This document shows positions 11,487 through 25,174 of a stretch of DNA of 64,000 nt, piece by piece (position 1 is the stretch's first letter; the number at the start of each line of letters is the position of its first letter). Origin of the DNA: Eledone cirrhosa (lineage: Eukaryota); the NCBI GenBank assembly GCA_964016885.1, contig OZ024740.1, positions 261,268,001 to 261,332,000 on the forward strand. The letters are read 5' to 3'. Both the position numbers and the translations under genes were made by a program. A model generated the notes under the pieces. It had not been told where the DNA came from. It searched no databases and saw only the letters and a program-made list of their open reading frames with translations.

Positions 11487-14400
11487 GTGCCTACTGACTG
11501 TAGGTTTCACTTTGTACTTCGGCAAGGCGGGTCTTCTGTATTACTACATAGCGCCAAAAATCTCGGCCCAGTGACACTGTCTTGGAGAGGTGTGTGTGAG
11601 GTCAGATTTTATCAAGTCGTCCCAGGTTTTTCTGGGTCTGCCTACTCAGTAGCTACCGTCTATTTTGATCACCTTGCACTTTTTTATACAGCTGTCATCT
11701 TTCATGCGCATCACGTGACCATACCAACGTAGTCTTCTCTCAAGTAAACAGCATCTGATCCCTCTTATTCCTAATTTCTCACTTAGTTTATTTATGCTTT
11801 GCCGTTCGCGTATATTACTATTACACATCCAACGGAGCATGCAAGCTTCGTTCCTCTCCAGTCTGCGTAGATCCTCTGCACACAAGGCCCATGTCTCACT
11901 GCCATGTAACATCGTTGTTGGTATGCAGGCATCATACAGCCTGCCTTTTATTTTTAGGGAGAAACCTTTAGCAGCCAATAGTGGTATAAGCTCTCTGAAC
12001 TTTTTCCATCCCGTTCGGACTCTAGCTACAATACTTTCGGAGCACCCTCCACCACTGCTGATTTTGTCACCCAGGTAACGGAAGGTGTCCACCATTTCTA
12101 TAGAACCATCTGTGCAATGGAATGAGCTAGTATTCTGTGGGCATTTGCTGCTGCTTATTGCACCAGAGCACCGGCCACATATAAAATCTATATTCTTAGT
12201 TAGCTAACCTGTGATCCCACTACATTTTTATGCACCCGTACTTTGCATTTGGGACATAAAATGGAGTTTCTGCCTGCTCCTTTCCTACACACTGAGCATG
12301 GCCATTTCCCAGATGGGACTAATGCCCTATTTTCCTTCCTACATATTAGGACTTTAGTCTTAGACAAGTTAACTTTAAGGCCTTTTGATTCTAGGCCATG
12401 CTTCCATGTTTGGAATTTCTTCTCTAGCTCAGCCATTGATTCGGCTATGAGCGTTAGATCATCTGCGTATAGAAGTTCCCATGGGCAGCCGGTCTTGAAC
12501 TCCGCCGTTATAGCTTGGAGGGCGATAATAAATAGGAGGGGGCTAAGGACGGTACCCTGATGAACACCAACTTTTACGCTAAACTCTTCATTATATTCGT
12601 TGTTAATTCTAACCTTGCTGACTGTTTCTTTATACATGGCTTGTATAGCTCTCACAAGCCATTCATCTACACCTAGTTTTCTAAGAGCCCACCAGATAAT
12701 GGAGCGGGGGACTCTGTCAAAGTCTTTCTCCAGGTCTAGAAAAGCTAAGTAGAGGGGTTTACTTTTAGCTAGGTACTTCTCCTGTAGTTGTCGTACAATG
12801 AAAAGAGCGTCTGTGGTACTTTTACATGACACAAACCCGAACTGCATTTCATCTAGATCAATTCGCTCTCTGATTAGTTTCGCTATTACTTTTTCTGTGA
12901 CCTTCATGACCTGGTCAATTAATTTAATGCCTCTATAGTTTCCCCTATCTAGGGCGTCTCCTTTACCCTTGTAGCAGTTAATGATGGTGCTGCTACGCCA
13001 GTCCTTTGGTACGACCCCATTCTGTATAACTTGGTTTACTATCCGGGTGACCATAGTGTGTCCCACCGTTCCAGATGCTTTCAGCATTTCAGCAACTATT
13101 TCCGAAGGCCCAGTCGCCTTGCCCATCTTCATATCTTTGATTGCCTTACTTATTATACTACCTTCAACTTGCTGGCCCCTCTATTGGATCGATGGCCTGC
13201 TGGCCCCTCTATTGGATCGATGTGGGGGAGGGTGTCTTTCCCCCATTTATTCGACTCATTTAGTAGCCTTTCGTAGTAACACTTCCAAGCTACCTTCTTA
13301 TCAGCGTCAGTGATGGCAAGTACACCATCATCATTACGGACACACTTCTCCCCGACAATATCACGGTTCTCCTTGACACATTGTCTAGCAATCCTGAACA
13401 CCTCACGTTTTTGGTCCTCGCATTGTAGAACATGCTTGAACTTTCTTTCCTCCGCTTCCCTTCTTGCGAAATGCACATGTCTCCTAGCTTCCCTCCTGGC
13501 CACTTGATAGTGTTCTCTATTTCCCCCATCCCGCCATACCTTACAAGCCTGCTTTTTGGCCTTGATCGACTCCTCCACCTTACTGTTCCACCACCAAGTT
13601 ACTCTCCTCCTGCCTATAGGTCTGCTCCAGCCACAGATTTCATCTGTCGCCTTCAGCAGGTTAGCTTTCAGGAATTCCCACTGTTCCTCTATATTGTACG
13701 ACTCTAATTGCTCTTCCTTACTGTCAAAAGCATCAAGTAATATGCTTTTAAATTTATTACTGGCTGTGGGGTCCTTTAGCTTCCATATTTTTCTCCTGGG
13801 GATAGTCCTCTTCTGCTGTCGAGTACGTCTCGTCCTGACTAAGAGCTCGCTAACTATGAGTCTATGTTGAGAGGTGCATTCTTCATGGGGAAGGAATTTA
13901 GTGTTTACAACAGACACTCTGTCACGTCTTCTGGTAAGGATATAATCTATCTGACTGGCGTGTTCCCCTGATCTATAGGTGATCAAGTGGTTGTCTCGTT
14001 TTTTGAAGTTAGTGTTACAGATAGTTAGGTTATTTGCGTCACAGAATTCCATGATTCTGGAGCCTTCCTCATTTCTAGTACCAAACCCATAGCCTCAATG
14101 GATTCCGTCATAGCCGTTACAGTGTTGTCCAACGTGACCATTTAGGTCACCAGCAATAATTATATAGTCACTGTTGGTTATTTGGGAGGTAATGAGCATT
14201 AACGACTCATAAAATCTGTCTTTTATAATGCCAGGCAGTCCGGATTGGGGTACATACGCAGATATTATTGTCACAGTAGTTCTATTGAGGACAAGTCTTA
14301 TTTTAATTATTCTGTCGTTCACTCTATTTACGTCTATTATCTTATCTACCCATTTTTCTGCTAACATGATTCCTACCCACCCGGCCCATTGTCATTTCCC

Positions 14401-14660
14401 ACCCAGAAAAGCTTATAGCATCGTTTTTTACCCACAATGAATCTAGCAGACCCACCCCTCCACCTGGTCTTTTGAATTCAGCAAACATCAACCTCCTTAT
14501 GTTCAAGCATCTCTACAACCTCGTTAGAGCAACCTTTTAAGGTACCTACATTCATGGTACCAACTCTGAAGTTTTGGATTGTGTTTGGTGGGTGGGAAGG
14601 ATAGGGCGCAGGGAGGGGTGAGGGGGGTGGGGCTATGTTAGCTGTCCGCGGCCTAAATAA
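11487..14660 (-). mobile_element. Near full-length RTE LINE (APE endonuclease + RT), frameshifted (copy B)
   Basis: APE motifs ISAYVPQ, AGDLNGHVG, SQIDYIL, SQHRL; RT motifs LLYADD, YLGD, LRWYGHV. A 28-bp tandem duplication at 13170-13222 breaks the frame. Confidence 0.93.
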
Positions 14661-14973
14661 AGAGGAGCAGTCCTTTCATTCTCGTCCGGCAGCATGAGGT
14701 TAATTTGTCTTTATCTTTGGCATTGTCACTGAGCGTCCAGATTTTTTCAGACTCTCCAGAATTCCGTAGTCCATCCATCATATCGAAAGGCAACCAGGTC
14801 TAAACTTAAGAAGTGATAACATAGGCCGCTGACTTATGATTGGTCCAAATAATAATTGTTTCTACTTTAGGCACAAGGCCAGCAATTACCCAGTGCATTT
14901 CTGGTACTTTATTTTATCTACCCCGTAAGGATGAAAGGCAAATGGTGGTGAGTGGGGTGGAGGAGGGATCTGG

Positions 14974-15707
14974 GGTAGTTAGCGAGAAGGTTATAAAATA
15001 AAATCCACGAAATTTTGGCCATAATTGAACGAGCATATAACTGTAATAAGGGAAGAATTATGGGATTTTATAATACAAGAAGATAATTTTGAACGATCAG
15101 ACAGAATTATCGAATAGCATTGAAAAAGAAAAGGTTGTATTCTGGACGATATGATACAGATAGATGAATGGACCAGGTAAACATGGAGAGACGAGAAAAT
15201 AGGAATTCGTACATTACATTTCACAGAAGAGCGGGCGAGCGATGTAGCCAAGAATATGGGTTGACAAATTTTGAGTTTCGTACCACGCAACAGTTTATTT
15301 TATGTGTGAAGAGAGAGGGGATGGGATTGAGAGAAAGCCAGCAGGCATGTATACAATGTATGGAGGGGGGGGGGGATAGTAGGGAGCAGGAAGGTTATTT
15401 TATAAAATCCTAGAATTACGACCATATTTAAACGAGCGCGGAGGTTATTTTATAAAAATAAAAATCGAGAGAAGTTTATAGAATAAAATCCACGAATTTT
15501 TGGCCATAATTGGACGAGCATATAACTAGGGTAGTTAGCGAGAAGGTTGAAAATAAAATCCACGAAATTTTGGCCATAATTGAACGAGCATATAACTAAT
15601 AAGGGAAGAATTATGGGATTTTAAAATACAAGATTATTTTGAACGATCAGACAGAATTATCGAATAGCATTGAAAAAGAAAAGGTTGTATTCTGGACGAT
15701 ATGATAC

Positions 15708-15712
<5 letters not shown>
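14974..15712. repeat. Direct-repeat element (units of ~190 bp at 14974 and 15528), possibly Helentron-derived
   Basis: The near-identical repeats are visible directly; the family assignment is a guess. Confidence 0.55.
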
Positions 15713-15741
<29 letters not shown>

Positions 15742-16907
15742 ACTATAAATTGATTGACATATAAATAAATCTAAAATAAACATATGAAACAATCACAGGG
15801 GATAATTTGTAAAAGTGTGTAAGCACACAGCTATGGAGGTAACTAAATAAAGTTTAACTAGAACTTCAAAAATAGATACCTTATAAATTGATTAATCTTC
15901 CTTGTATATATTCCATTAAAGAAATATATTTCACCAATTAATCGATTGGTAAACGACAGTAGCCAGATCCTGGATTTTCAACAAGAAGGGGACTAACCAT
16001 CTGTGTTTACGCATCAAATTCAAATCATCGACTGGCCAGTAACACCTGCTGTATTTACTAAAAATACACACATCGTACCAGCTTCGTTCCAGTGGCATGA
16101 ATAGGGTTATCGACAACTAGAAATCATAGTCAAGTCCTTTCAACTGAGTTAGCTCTACAATTAAGGGGCCGTATTTATATATATCCAAAATTAAGTTAAA
16201 TTAAGGGTGTCATGTCAGATAGACATGCGCCATATCACCCGTAAAATATGCTCCAAGATTCCAATGAATAGATCCGAGCATTCTATATCCACTAGAAATT
16301 GATTGACATATAAATATATCTAAAATAAACATATGAAACTGGACCACCCGAAAGTTAACGTACGGAATACATACCACCACACTGTTATTAGCTGTCAACT
16401 AACCGACTGGTCACTAGATCATAAATCTCCTAACCTTTCTTTCACTCTCTCTCCCTGAAGCCACATCAACCCCATTAAGATAAGACAATCAGCAGGACAA
16501 ATATTTACCACACACACATATCAAAAGACCCCCCCCCCCCCCAATCCATCCTTAGATCTTATGTCTCATGCTCGTATCTCTCACTGAAATTTTAATTTAT
16601 TGTTTTTTCTTTCATCTGTCATTTCTTACTACCTCTTATTCTCTACACGTATCTATGTATGTATCGAATATTGATTTTCATGTTAGTACAACCTCCACCC
16701 CCACATCCCTATACAGACACTTACTCACCACCACCACTATTATCAACTATCGTATTCTGTACTTATATACTTTTACTTATTTTTTATTTCTTTATTTTTT
16801 TACTTTTTACATCTGTAACTTCTTTACCTATTTATCATTATATTTTATCATTGATGTTATTCTTTTGATTCTAAGCTGCATCTCTATATATACCATTGGC
16901 ATATGTG

Positions 16908-17005
16908 AGTATTCTGAGGATTTGATCAGAGGTAAATACTGTATTGAAGGTCGAGTGATTAGCGACCTTTAGACTCACCTGATCAATGAAACAATTATTA
17001 ATACT
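16908..17005 (+). ncRNA. Hammerhead-like motif with long branched stem II
   Basis: agtatt-CTGAGGA-t-ttgatcag...ctgatcaa-t-GAAA-caatta-TT-aatact, with an internal hairpin aaggtcg/cgacctt. Confidence 0.5.
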
Positions 17006-17054
17006 TGAAATAAAGCCCCTTGTTGTACAGCCGACTATGTTATTCTTCAATCTT

Positions 17055-17100
<46 letters not shown>

Positions 17101-17140
17101 TTCAAAATATTAACAAAATATATATTCTTGTGATCAATTA

Positions 17141-17207
17141 TATTTTATTATACATATTTCAGAGGTACTGAGTTAAGTTTAACAGTACGTCCTCATCAGA
17201 TAAAATA
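17141..17207 (-). ncRNA. Type I hammerhead ribozyme motif
   Basis: Minus strand: tattttat-CTGATGA-ggacgtactg...cagtacctct-GAAA-tatgta-TA-ataaaata, with an 8-bp stem I. Confidence 0.7.
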
Positions 17208-19079
17208 GGATCATGCATGATATACCCTGACATAGTAGATGGTTAAGATTCAGTCATGGTAGTGATTAACATATGACAAAACTCAATATTTATACCCTAA
17301 TATTGAGAACATGAGATAACATAATACAAACAATAGAGAGGGTGCGTGTAATACAGCTTATAAAATACATGGCATCAATATAACAGTTAAACATTTTTTT
17401 TTTTTTTTTCAAACTACTGAAGAAAGAGGAGGGAAAGGAAAGCATAGAGGAAGAAACAGCTGATGTGATAACATATTTAATAGGTGGCTCGAAAAAACAA
17501 ATGAAAGATGATTAAAGAGAGAGACAAAGGGGAGTAATTTATGTTCAAGTTTATATACTATTTTCCATATACCCAAATTAATATATAATTATGTTTAATA
17601 TTAATATTATAATTATGTTTAATTTTTAAAATTCAAATTTTATGAAAACAAATTTAAAGGATTTACGAAACACGAGAAAGAAAATATATAATGCTTTTAT
17701 ACCCTCAACGAAGGTAATCTTTACCAAAATTATTTATAATATTGACAACAGTTTATATAATACAATTCATAAAATAATTCTAGTTATAATTATTAAAGAA
17801 TTTATTGTTAAATAATTTGAGTGCCTAAAGGATCAACCGGCCTTATAACTAAACTTAAAGAAGTCTGAATTTTTAATTATATATATGTGTTGATAAAAAA
17901 ATATACAAGAATTATAGTTTATTATTTGTTTATAATTGAGGTGAAACCTTTCAAATATATATAATCTAATACAATAATACAATATAGTAAATAAGTTACT
18001 GAAAATATTGTTCACAAAATATATATAGTTAAAAAATATTGTTAAAAATTTAATGTTTTATATCAATTATTTTCATTTAGTTATAAACATATAAGTCAAA
18101 ACTACATGAGTCCTAATGATAGGGGCTAGATACAAAGTAAATATACAAATAAAAGATAATGAATTGTTTGCGAAACTTAAATATGCCCAATATTAAAAAT
18201 ATATTATAAATGTAATAGGGTTTTAATATAGTAGACAAAAGATACATCTAAAATATTTTAGCGAATGTGATAGAAAGAGGAGCTAAGTATTTGAAAAAGC
18301 CGAAGGTAATCTAAATTTAATTAAAATAAAATAAGTTAAATTAAATTATATTATATTAAGTAAAAATCATTATATAAATTTGAACTTCCAGGGAATATCA
18401 AACACTTATAACAATATAGAGTCATTTGAGTGTCTAAATTATTTATAAATGTAACTAGGAGTATGTTATTACACTAGATAAAGATATTTGTACAACTATA
18501 TAGAGATATTATTATAGGTATTAATGAAATGGTATACATTTAATAAATAAATAATTATAATCATTATTAGTAATGCTATAATTGTAGTTTTACCTCCAGT
18601 TCAGTGGAGAGAGAGACCAATATTTGTCGACTATTATGGTTTGTTATATTTATACCTAGATATATATAAAAAGGCAAATCTAACTTTCTGAGACCCCAAA
18701 AACATACTCAAAATGAGTAAAATATGTAAAATATGCAAAAGCATGAATGATCCACAGTTCAATTATAATCAGTAAATTTACAAGTTAAATACCCCAATTA
18801 TATATTTAAAGCAGGGACAGATAAATAAAGATCTGAATCAAAATTATAAATATAAAAAAAACCCATAAGGTATGCATATTTATCAAGTAAACAAGTTATC
18901 AAAAGAGTATCATTCATTCTAACACTAATTCTATCATAAATGGTTAGAAGATAAAGCATTATTAAAGTTTTATAAACCGTTATGACTTTTAGGCCCAACA
19001 GTTGATAAGAGACGTCAAAAATTAAGGCCTGATTGTTTAGTGCTTTTTCCTGATTTTTTTCGAGGCTTGGAATGTAGAC

Positions 19080-19300
19080 AAAGCTTTATGAAGGCAGTTT
19101 GAGAATAATTCACTTTTTTTTGTTAATTAAGTTTTCATAATTAGTAATTATTAATAGGGTCTCCTTTGTGCAGAGGCTGCAGCTAGTTGATATAGATGAG
19201 TTGGTATATATTTTACTATTAGAAAGCTTCGTCCAAAAGATCGAGTATTTTAAATTTTTGTCTTTTAATGACCATATAAGTTGTGATAAAGAAGTCACGA
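19080..19300 (-). mobile_element. Penelope-like GIY-YIG endonuclease C-terminal remnant
   Basis: LSQLIWSLKDK...YSIFW...CSLCTKE...LINK resembles the PLE endonuclease tail. Confidence 0.5.
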
Positions 19301-20079
19301 CAAGGATCACCCGGCCCACACTGTAAAGTGGTCGTGTAGGTGTCACGATAAAAAGCACTAGGTGCTCACTGTAAATGTGGTTGGTGTTAGGAAGGGCATC
19401 CAGCTGTAGAAAACCAGCCAGAAACAGTCTTATATGAGCGAGACACGGTCACCCGACCCAACTTGCCTCTAAATGGGACAAACCCATCTAACCCATGCTA
19501 GCATGGAAGATAGATGTTAAACGATGATGATGATATATATATATATACAGTATATGCTGGCGTACAAGTCGACATTTGGAGCCTAAAAATATCTCTCCAA
19601 AACCAGGGGTCAACCTGTGCGCCGAATATAAAATGTGAACCTTTACCACTGAGGGGTAAACAGTGAAACTGCCTGCCTAAATCTCATTGTACACCACTTA
19701 CCATAACTCTAGCAGCCCACCACAATAATTTCCTACCGAATCTCATATTTGTTAAGTCTATTTAACGTAGAGATTATAATAATATCAATGACATGTCGTA
19801 GCTTATAGGTTACGTTTTGGACTGAACAGCAACACTTTCTATAGCCTCCTTAAATTAACTAATCCTAGTTTGTCATGTCATAACTTTTTCTCGACAAGAG
19901 CCACATAACAGGTGCAATGTGTCCGAACACGAAAGAACCGAACTCCCATCGTCATTACCCCCATCTCTCTGTATAGTGAGAAAATGGAGTCCCACCTGCT
20001 GGCCACCCCACAGCTTCGGCGGACAGAATGGAGAAGGTGTTTCCCTGGAGGATGGTAAGGGAGATGCGCTGGAAGAACC

Positions 20080-20490
20080 ATTCCATCTCGCGAGGCTCAC
20101 ACCTGCAGCTGGCCAGCTCAGCACCTATGGTGATGAGTAGGGAGGTAGCCCTAGGGCCAAGGATACCAGAATTTCCACTGCTAGCGGCACGACCACAAAC
20201 CTGTCGGAAAGCGACCGGTTCTTGGAGAGTTTGCCCTCCTTATCCCGAAGTGCAGCAGAACCTGGGTTAATCATAGACTTCACTAGGTTGCAGCTGGAGA
20301 AAGTGTAGCTGCAAGTGGCATCCCAGACGAGGGGTTTGCCACCACGGAATGGGAAGATGGTCACACCGTCTGGCCTGTCGCCGTCCCCTTGGTCCAGCCC
20401 CACCGGCTCGAGCTGGGAGGGGAAGCCTAAAGCACCCAAGCCATGCTTTATGACCTCGTTGAGGGCAGCATGGCGCGGAAGGCGGCCGGC
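20080..20490 (-). mobile_element. CRE-type non-LTR retrotransposon fragment (restriction-like endonuclease)
   Basis: RHAALNEVI...LEPVGL...RPDGVTIFPFRGGKPLVWDAT. Confidence 0.8.
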
Positions 20491-20786
20491 ACTGTAGAGA
20501 TTATAATAGCCCTTAACTGAGCAGCGTGATATGCTGTCGATATATATATATTTTTTTTTGAGAGTTCCTGCCATGAAGTGATTTGACTTGTCGACTTCGG
20601 ATTGTTTTTTACAAATTCGCCGGATTATTTTCCCTGTTATGGACACTTGAGAACATTTTTTTTTTTTCTGTTCTTCTGCCTTTATGGATGTTGTGCTGTT
20701 TTCCCGTTGTTCTGAACATCTAAAGAAATTTGTGCATTCTTTTTACGTGAATATCACTTACTTTTATACGTCCAAGTTGATATAGA

Positions 20787-21578
20787 TTGACAATGAGTGG
20801 TCCTTATTTACATGCGTTCTCAGGTGATCTCAAACTCTGGTTTGCACAACTCGACGCATATTTCGCTGCGAACGGAGTGAAAACAGAGCAGAAGCTCAAC
20901 GTTTTGATAAGCGGCATTCCTTCTTCACTCGCTACAACGGTGAAGGATTTGAAAACGGACCCATCGGCCGGTATTTCATATGATTCGTTACGGGAAGAAA
21001 TATTAAGAAGAAACAGTCGTTCTGCTGAAAGCAGATTTCGTTCATTGTTGGATGACGTGTGTTTAGGTGACAGAACACCGTCTGAATTTTTGCGACACAT
21101 CAGGGACCTCAGCGACTCGACTGACGAAGATAGCCCATTCATAAAGAAACTATTTTTCTCTCGCCTGCCAAACAACGTCCAAGTTATCTTGGCAAACATT
21201 GTGAGTACCAGCTCTTTGGAGCAGATTGCTACCTCCGCTGATCGAATCGTGGAATTTTCTAGAAAGGCTACCGCCCCGGATTCGTGTGTTGCTTCTTCTT
21301 CACATTCGAACCAGCCCGTCTCGACACGCGAGGATGCCATGTTAAAAGCTATTGACGCTTTGACGCAGCAAGTCGCTCGGTTATGCAGGGAGAATAGGCC
21401 GTATTCCCGGTGGCCTAGGAATCGTTCGCGTTCTTTCGCGACTCCACGTCGGCATACTACTTCGCCCGCCAGCAATCCATTATTTTGCTGGTATCATGCC
21501 ACCTTCGCGGAGAAGGCAAAACATTGCCGGCCTCCATGTAAATATTCAGCTTCGGGAAATGCAGATCAGAGTCACTAA
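20787..21578 (+). CDS. gag: Gypsy (CsRn1-clade-like) Gag
   Basis: 263-aa ORF with LGDRTPSEFLR and the CHCC motif CWYHATFAEKAKHCRPPC. Confidence 0.85.
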   Translation: MTMSGPYLHAFSGDLKLWFAQLDAYFAANGVKTEQKLNVLISGIPSSLATTVKDLKTDPSAGISYDSLREEILRRNSRSAESRFRSLLDDVCLGDRTPSEFLRHIRDLSDSTDEDSPFIKKLFFSRLPNNVQVILANIVSTSSLEQIATSADRIVEFSRKATAPDSCVASSSHSNQPVSTREDAMLKAIDALTQQVARLCRENRPYSRWPRNRSRSFATPRRHTTSPASNPLFCWYHATFAEKAKHCRPPCKYSASGNADQSH

Positions 21579-24500
21579 AGGCGGCAAGTGAACTCTGCGA
21601 GACACAATAGAACCGCCATTTCTTCATAGAGGACCTCCTGTCTGGAAGAGCCTTCCTCGTAGACACAGGAGCTTCGTGCAGTATTTGGCCTGTTAATTGT
21701 ATGACAGTAACTCCTCCCGAGTCGTCGATTGAATTGCAAGCTGTCAACCAGTCACCATTCCGAACTTTTGGACAGATCTCGCTTCCTCTTCAGTTTCGAA
21801 ATCTTCGTCGGGATTTCAAATGGGTTTTCACTGTTGCCGACCTCCCATACCCGATTTTGGGCGCGGACTTCCTGCACAATTTTTCTTTGACGGTGGACGT
21901 CCGTCACCAACGACTAGTCGACGATATGACTGGTTTTTCTCTTTGTGGCAGGACGGCAAAAGTTTCTACAGTTAGCCCTACATTCTTCATCGCTAACTCC
22001 GGAAATCCATATCATGGATTGTTGAAATCGTTCCCGCAACTGACTCATGAACATTTTCGAGTCACTGATCCAAACCACTCCACGGAGCATTTTATTACTA
22101 CTACTGGTGCTCCGGTTTTTTCGCGTCCTCGTCGATTGCCAGCGGACAAACTGAAAGCAGCACGGTCCGAGTTCGATCATATGCTACAGCTCGGAATTAT
22201 TCGTCCTTCCACGAGCCCGTGGGCATCTCCATTACATATGGTGCCAAAATATTCTGGTGATTGGAGACCCACAGGGGATTATAGACGATTGAACTCGATG
22301 ACCGTATCGGATCGGTACACTCTCCCTCATCTGCAGGATTTTGTATCCTCGTTGCAAGGTTGTAACATTTTTTCGAAACTCGATTTGATACGAGCCTACA
22401 ACCAGATTCCTGTTAACAGAGACGACATCCCGAAAACGGCTATAACTACGCTATTTGGATCTTTTGAATTTCTCACCGTGCCTTTCGGGTTAATAAATGC
22501 TCTAGCACCTTCCAGCGATTTATGGATGAGGTCACTCGCGGCCTCGACTTTGTATACACATATATTGATGATCATCTTGTTGCTAGCTCTTCTCCAGAGC
22601 AACATTTGCGCCATCTGGACCTTCTATTTTCTCGTTTGAGGGATTACAATGTTCGGATTAATCCATCAAATTATGTTTTTGGTTCCGAATCTCTGAATTT
22701 TTGGGGCCACGTCATTGACGCTGACGGTATTCGTCCTATTCCTGAGAGAGTTAAAGGATTGGCCTCCACCAACCTCACTCCGTCAGTTGCGCCATTTCTT
22801 GGGACTGATTAAATTTTATAGGCGGTTTGTGCCTAATTGTGCTAAGCTACTCTTCTCTTTGACGGAAATTTTGAAAAATTGCCGAAAGAAAAATAAAGAC
22901 ATTTCTTTGAATGAAACTCAGCTCGAGGATTTTGAGAATGCGAAAATTTCTCTAGCCAATGCATCTTTGCTGGCTCACCAGTGTCCAATGCTAAGCTTTC
23001 GCTTTGTGCTGATGCGTCGGATACTGCCGTGGGCGCAGTTTTGCAACAAAGTAGGAATGATCAACAGCAACCGTTGGAATTTTTCTCCAGGAAGCTGAAA
23101 CCTGCTGAAACCCGCTACAACACCTTTGGACGGGAGTTGTTAGCTATATACTTATCGGTGAAGCATTTTTCGCACATGCTTGAAGGAAGAACGTTCACCA
23201 TCTTCACGAACCATAAGCCATTGACATTCGCCTTGCAAGCAAAGGCCGACAAATACTCGCCCAAAGAAACTAGACATCTCGACCTCATCTCTCAATTTAC
23301 TAATGATATTCAACACATTCCTGGTTCTATGAATACAGCGGCCGACGCCATGTTTCGTTTGCCGATTGCTTCGATCTCGTCGTCCGATGACATAGATTCG
23401 AATCGCTTGGCAGCCGATCAGCCTACCCTCGAATCGTTGGATGTTACATCGTCTGAATTTGTGAATTGCAGGATGAAATACCTACCATTATCGACCGCAG
23501 CGGACGGATACTCTGCGACGTCTCTGTGGATACGCCACGCCCTTTTGTTCCGTTGAACCATCGTCGAACTGTGTTTCTTGTTTTACACGGCATCTCACAT
23601 CCAGGATTTTCTGCCACAGTAAAACTCATAACGGCTAGATTTTTCTGGCCAAATATGAGACGTGCTATTACTGTTTGGTGCCGTTCCTGTGTTGCTTGCC
23701 AGAAATCAAAAGTTCACAGGCATGTTAAGACTCCTCTAGGTACTTTTAGTAAGCCGGATGCTCGGTTTCGCCACATTCATGTGGACATCGTGGGACCTTG
23801 GCCAATCAGCGGTGGTCATAATTACATATTGACTGTTATCCATCGTTTGTCGCGATGGCCTGAAGCCATCCCCTTGAAAGATATCACTGCTGAGACGACA
23901 GCGCGTGCCCTTGTGTCTGGATGGATCGCTCGATATGGAGTACCAACGTCAATTACCACGGACCGTGAAAGGCAGTTTGAATCGAATCTCTTCCATGAAT
24001 TAACGAAGATCATCGGCGCTAAACGCATCCGAACGACTGCATATCATCCTGCCTCTAATGGAATGGTGGAGCGTTTCCACCGACAACTAAAAGCCGCTCT
24101 ACGGACTTCTCCCGACTCTACGCGTTGGAGCGAGTACCTCCCTATTGTGTTGTTGGGGATTCGGTCAACAATAAAGGAGGACCTTGGGTTCTCCCCGGCC
24201 GAATTATTATATGGTGCTCCTCTTGCGTTACGTGGGCAAATCCTTGCCCCTGTCGATCTTGCTACACAAGACCCGCCTTACTACGTATCCCGTCTGCGTT
24301 CTTATTTTCAGGACCTGCCGCCGATGGATACGAGGAAGCAAACTGTAAAATCTGCAGTCCCGAGGGATATTGCCTCGTCGACTCATGTGTTTGTGAGAAA
24401 CGATGCTGTGAGACCACCTCTCACACAACCATACTCTGGACCCTACCGTGTATTAGCTCGTTCCGAGAAATATTTCACTGTAGACATTAAGGGTTCCAGA

Positions 24501-24690
24501 GAGACGGTTTCTATTGATCGACTCAAACGAGCACATTTGGACACAGACGCTATCACACCTGAGCCACAAACGCCCCCGTCTTTTTCTTTCGCACACACAC
24601 GCCTGCTTCTTCGTCCCCCCCCCCCCCCTCATCAAGATATAAGACTACGACCCGTTCCGGTCGGAGGGTTCATTGGCCAAAAAAACTGTG
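21554..24690 (+). pseudogene. pol: Gypsy pol (PR-RT-RH-IN), disrupted
   Basis: [25 protein letters not shown]...[34 protein letters not shown]. Several stops and frameshifts. Confidence 0.92.
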
Positions 24691-24977
24691 TAGCACTATA
24701 TATTTTAAGCTGTATTGTGCGGCGCTTTAATCCTGTATTTCCTATTTGAACTATTTGAACTTTTAAAAATTGTATTTACATTTTATTATAATTTTTTTCT
24801 TTCTCGTTCTTGCATGCTTGTTTCATATGTTCTTTTGAAATTTGTTGTGCCCTTCATGCTCGGTTGGGCTGATTGCTCCTTGGTTTCGGGTTTTTGCTAG
24901 TTGCTCATCGTTTTTCTACATACATGGTTCGATGAACCGATTTTTATTTCTTTTTCTAAAAATATAGCGGGAGACCA

Positions 24978-25173
24978 TGTAGAAGATCACGCCACCTAGC
25001 TTTGACTTTGAAGGCAGTCGATTAACTGCCCTTAGTTCTGACGTCACGTTCTGACGTCAGTAGCTGAATACACTCTCTTTCGACTTTGTGTGTTGATGCG
25101 AACAGACGCATTTCACTGTGGCGAAACAGCGATATCGCACCATGCGGTCACGGGATATTTGAACACCGCCACG
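24978..25173 (+). mobile_element. Probable 3' LTR of the CsRn1-like element
   Basis: TGT start follows purine-rich gcgggagacca. No matching 5' LTR was seen, so the right end is approximate. Confidence 0.45.
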
Positions 25174-25174
25174 T

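Noticed and set aside
17580-19000. Mitochondrial insertion suggested by extreme AT content
   Set aside because: No recognisable mitochondrial gene or rRNA motifs; more likely decayed Penelope-type sequence.
20125-20646. 173-aa host gene
   Set aside because: A chance fusion of a CRE endonuclease fragment with unrelated upstream sequence.
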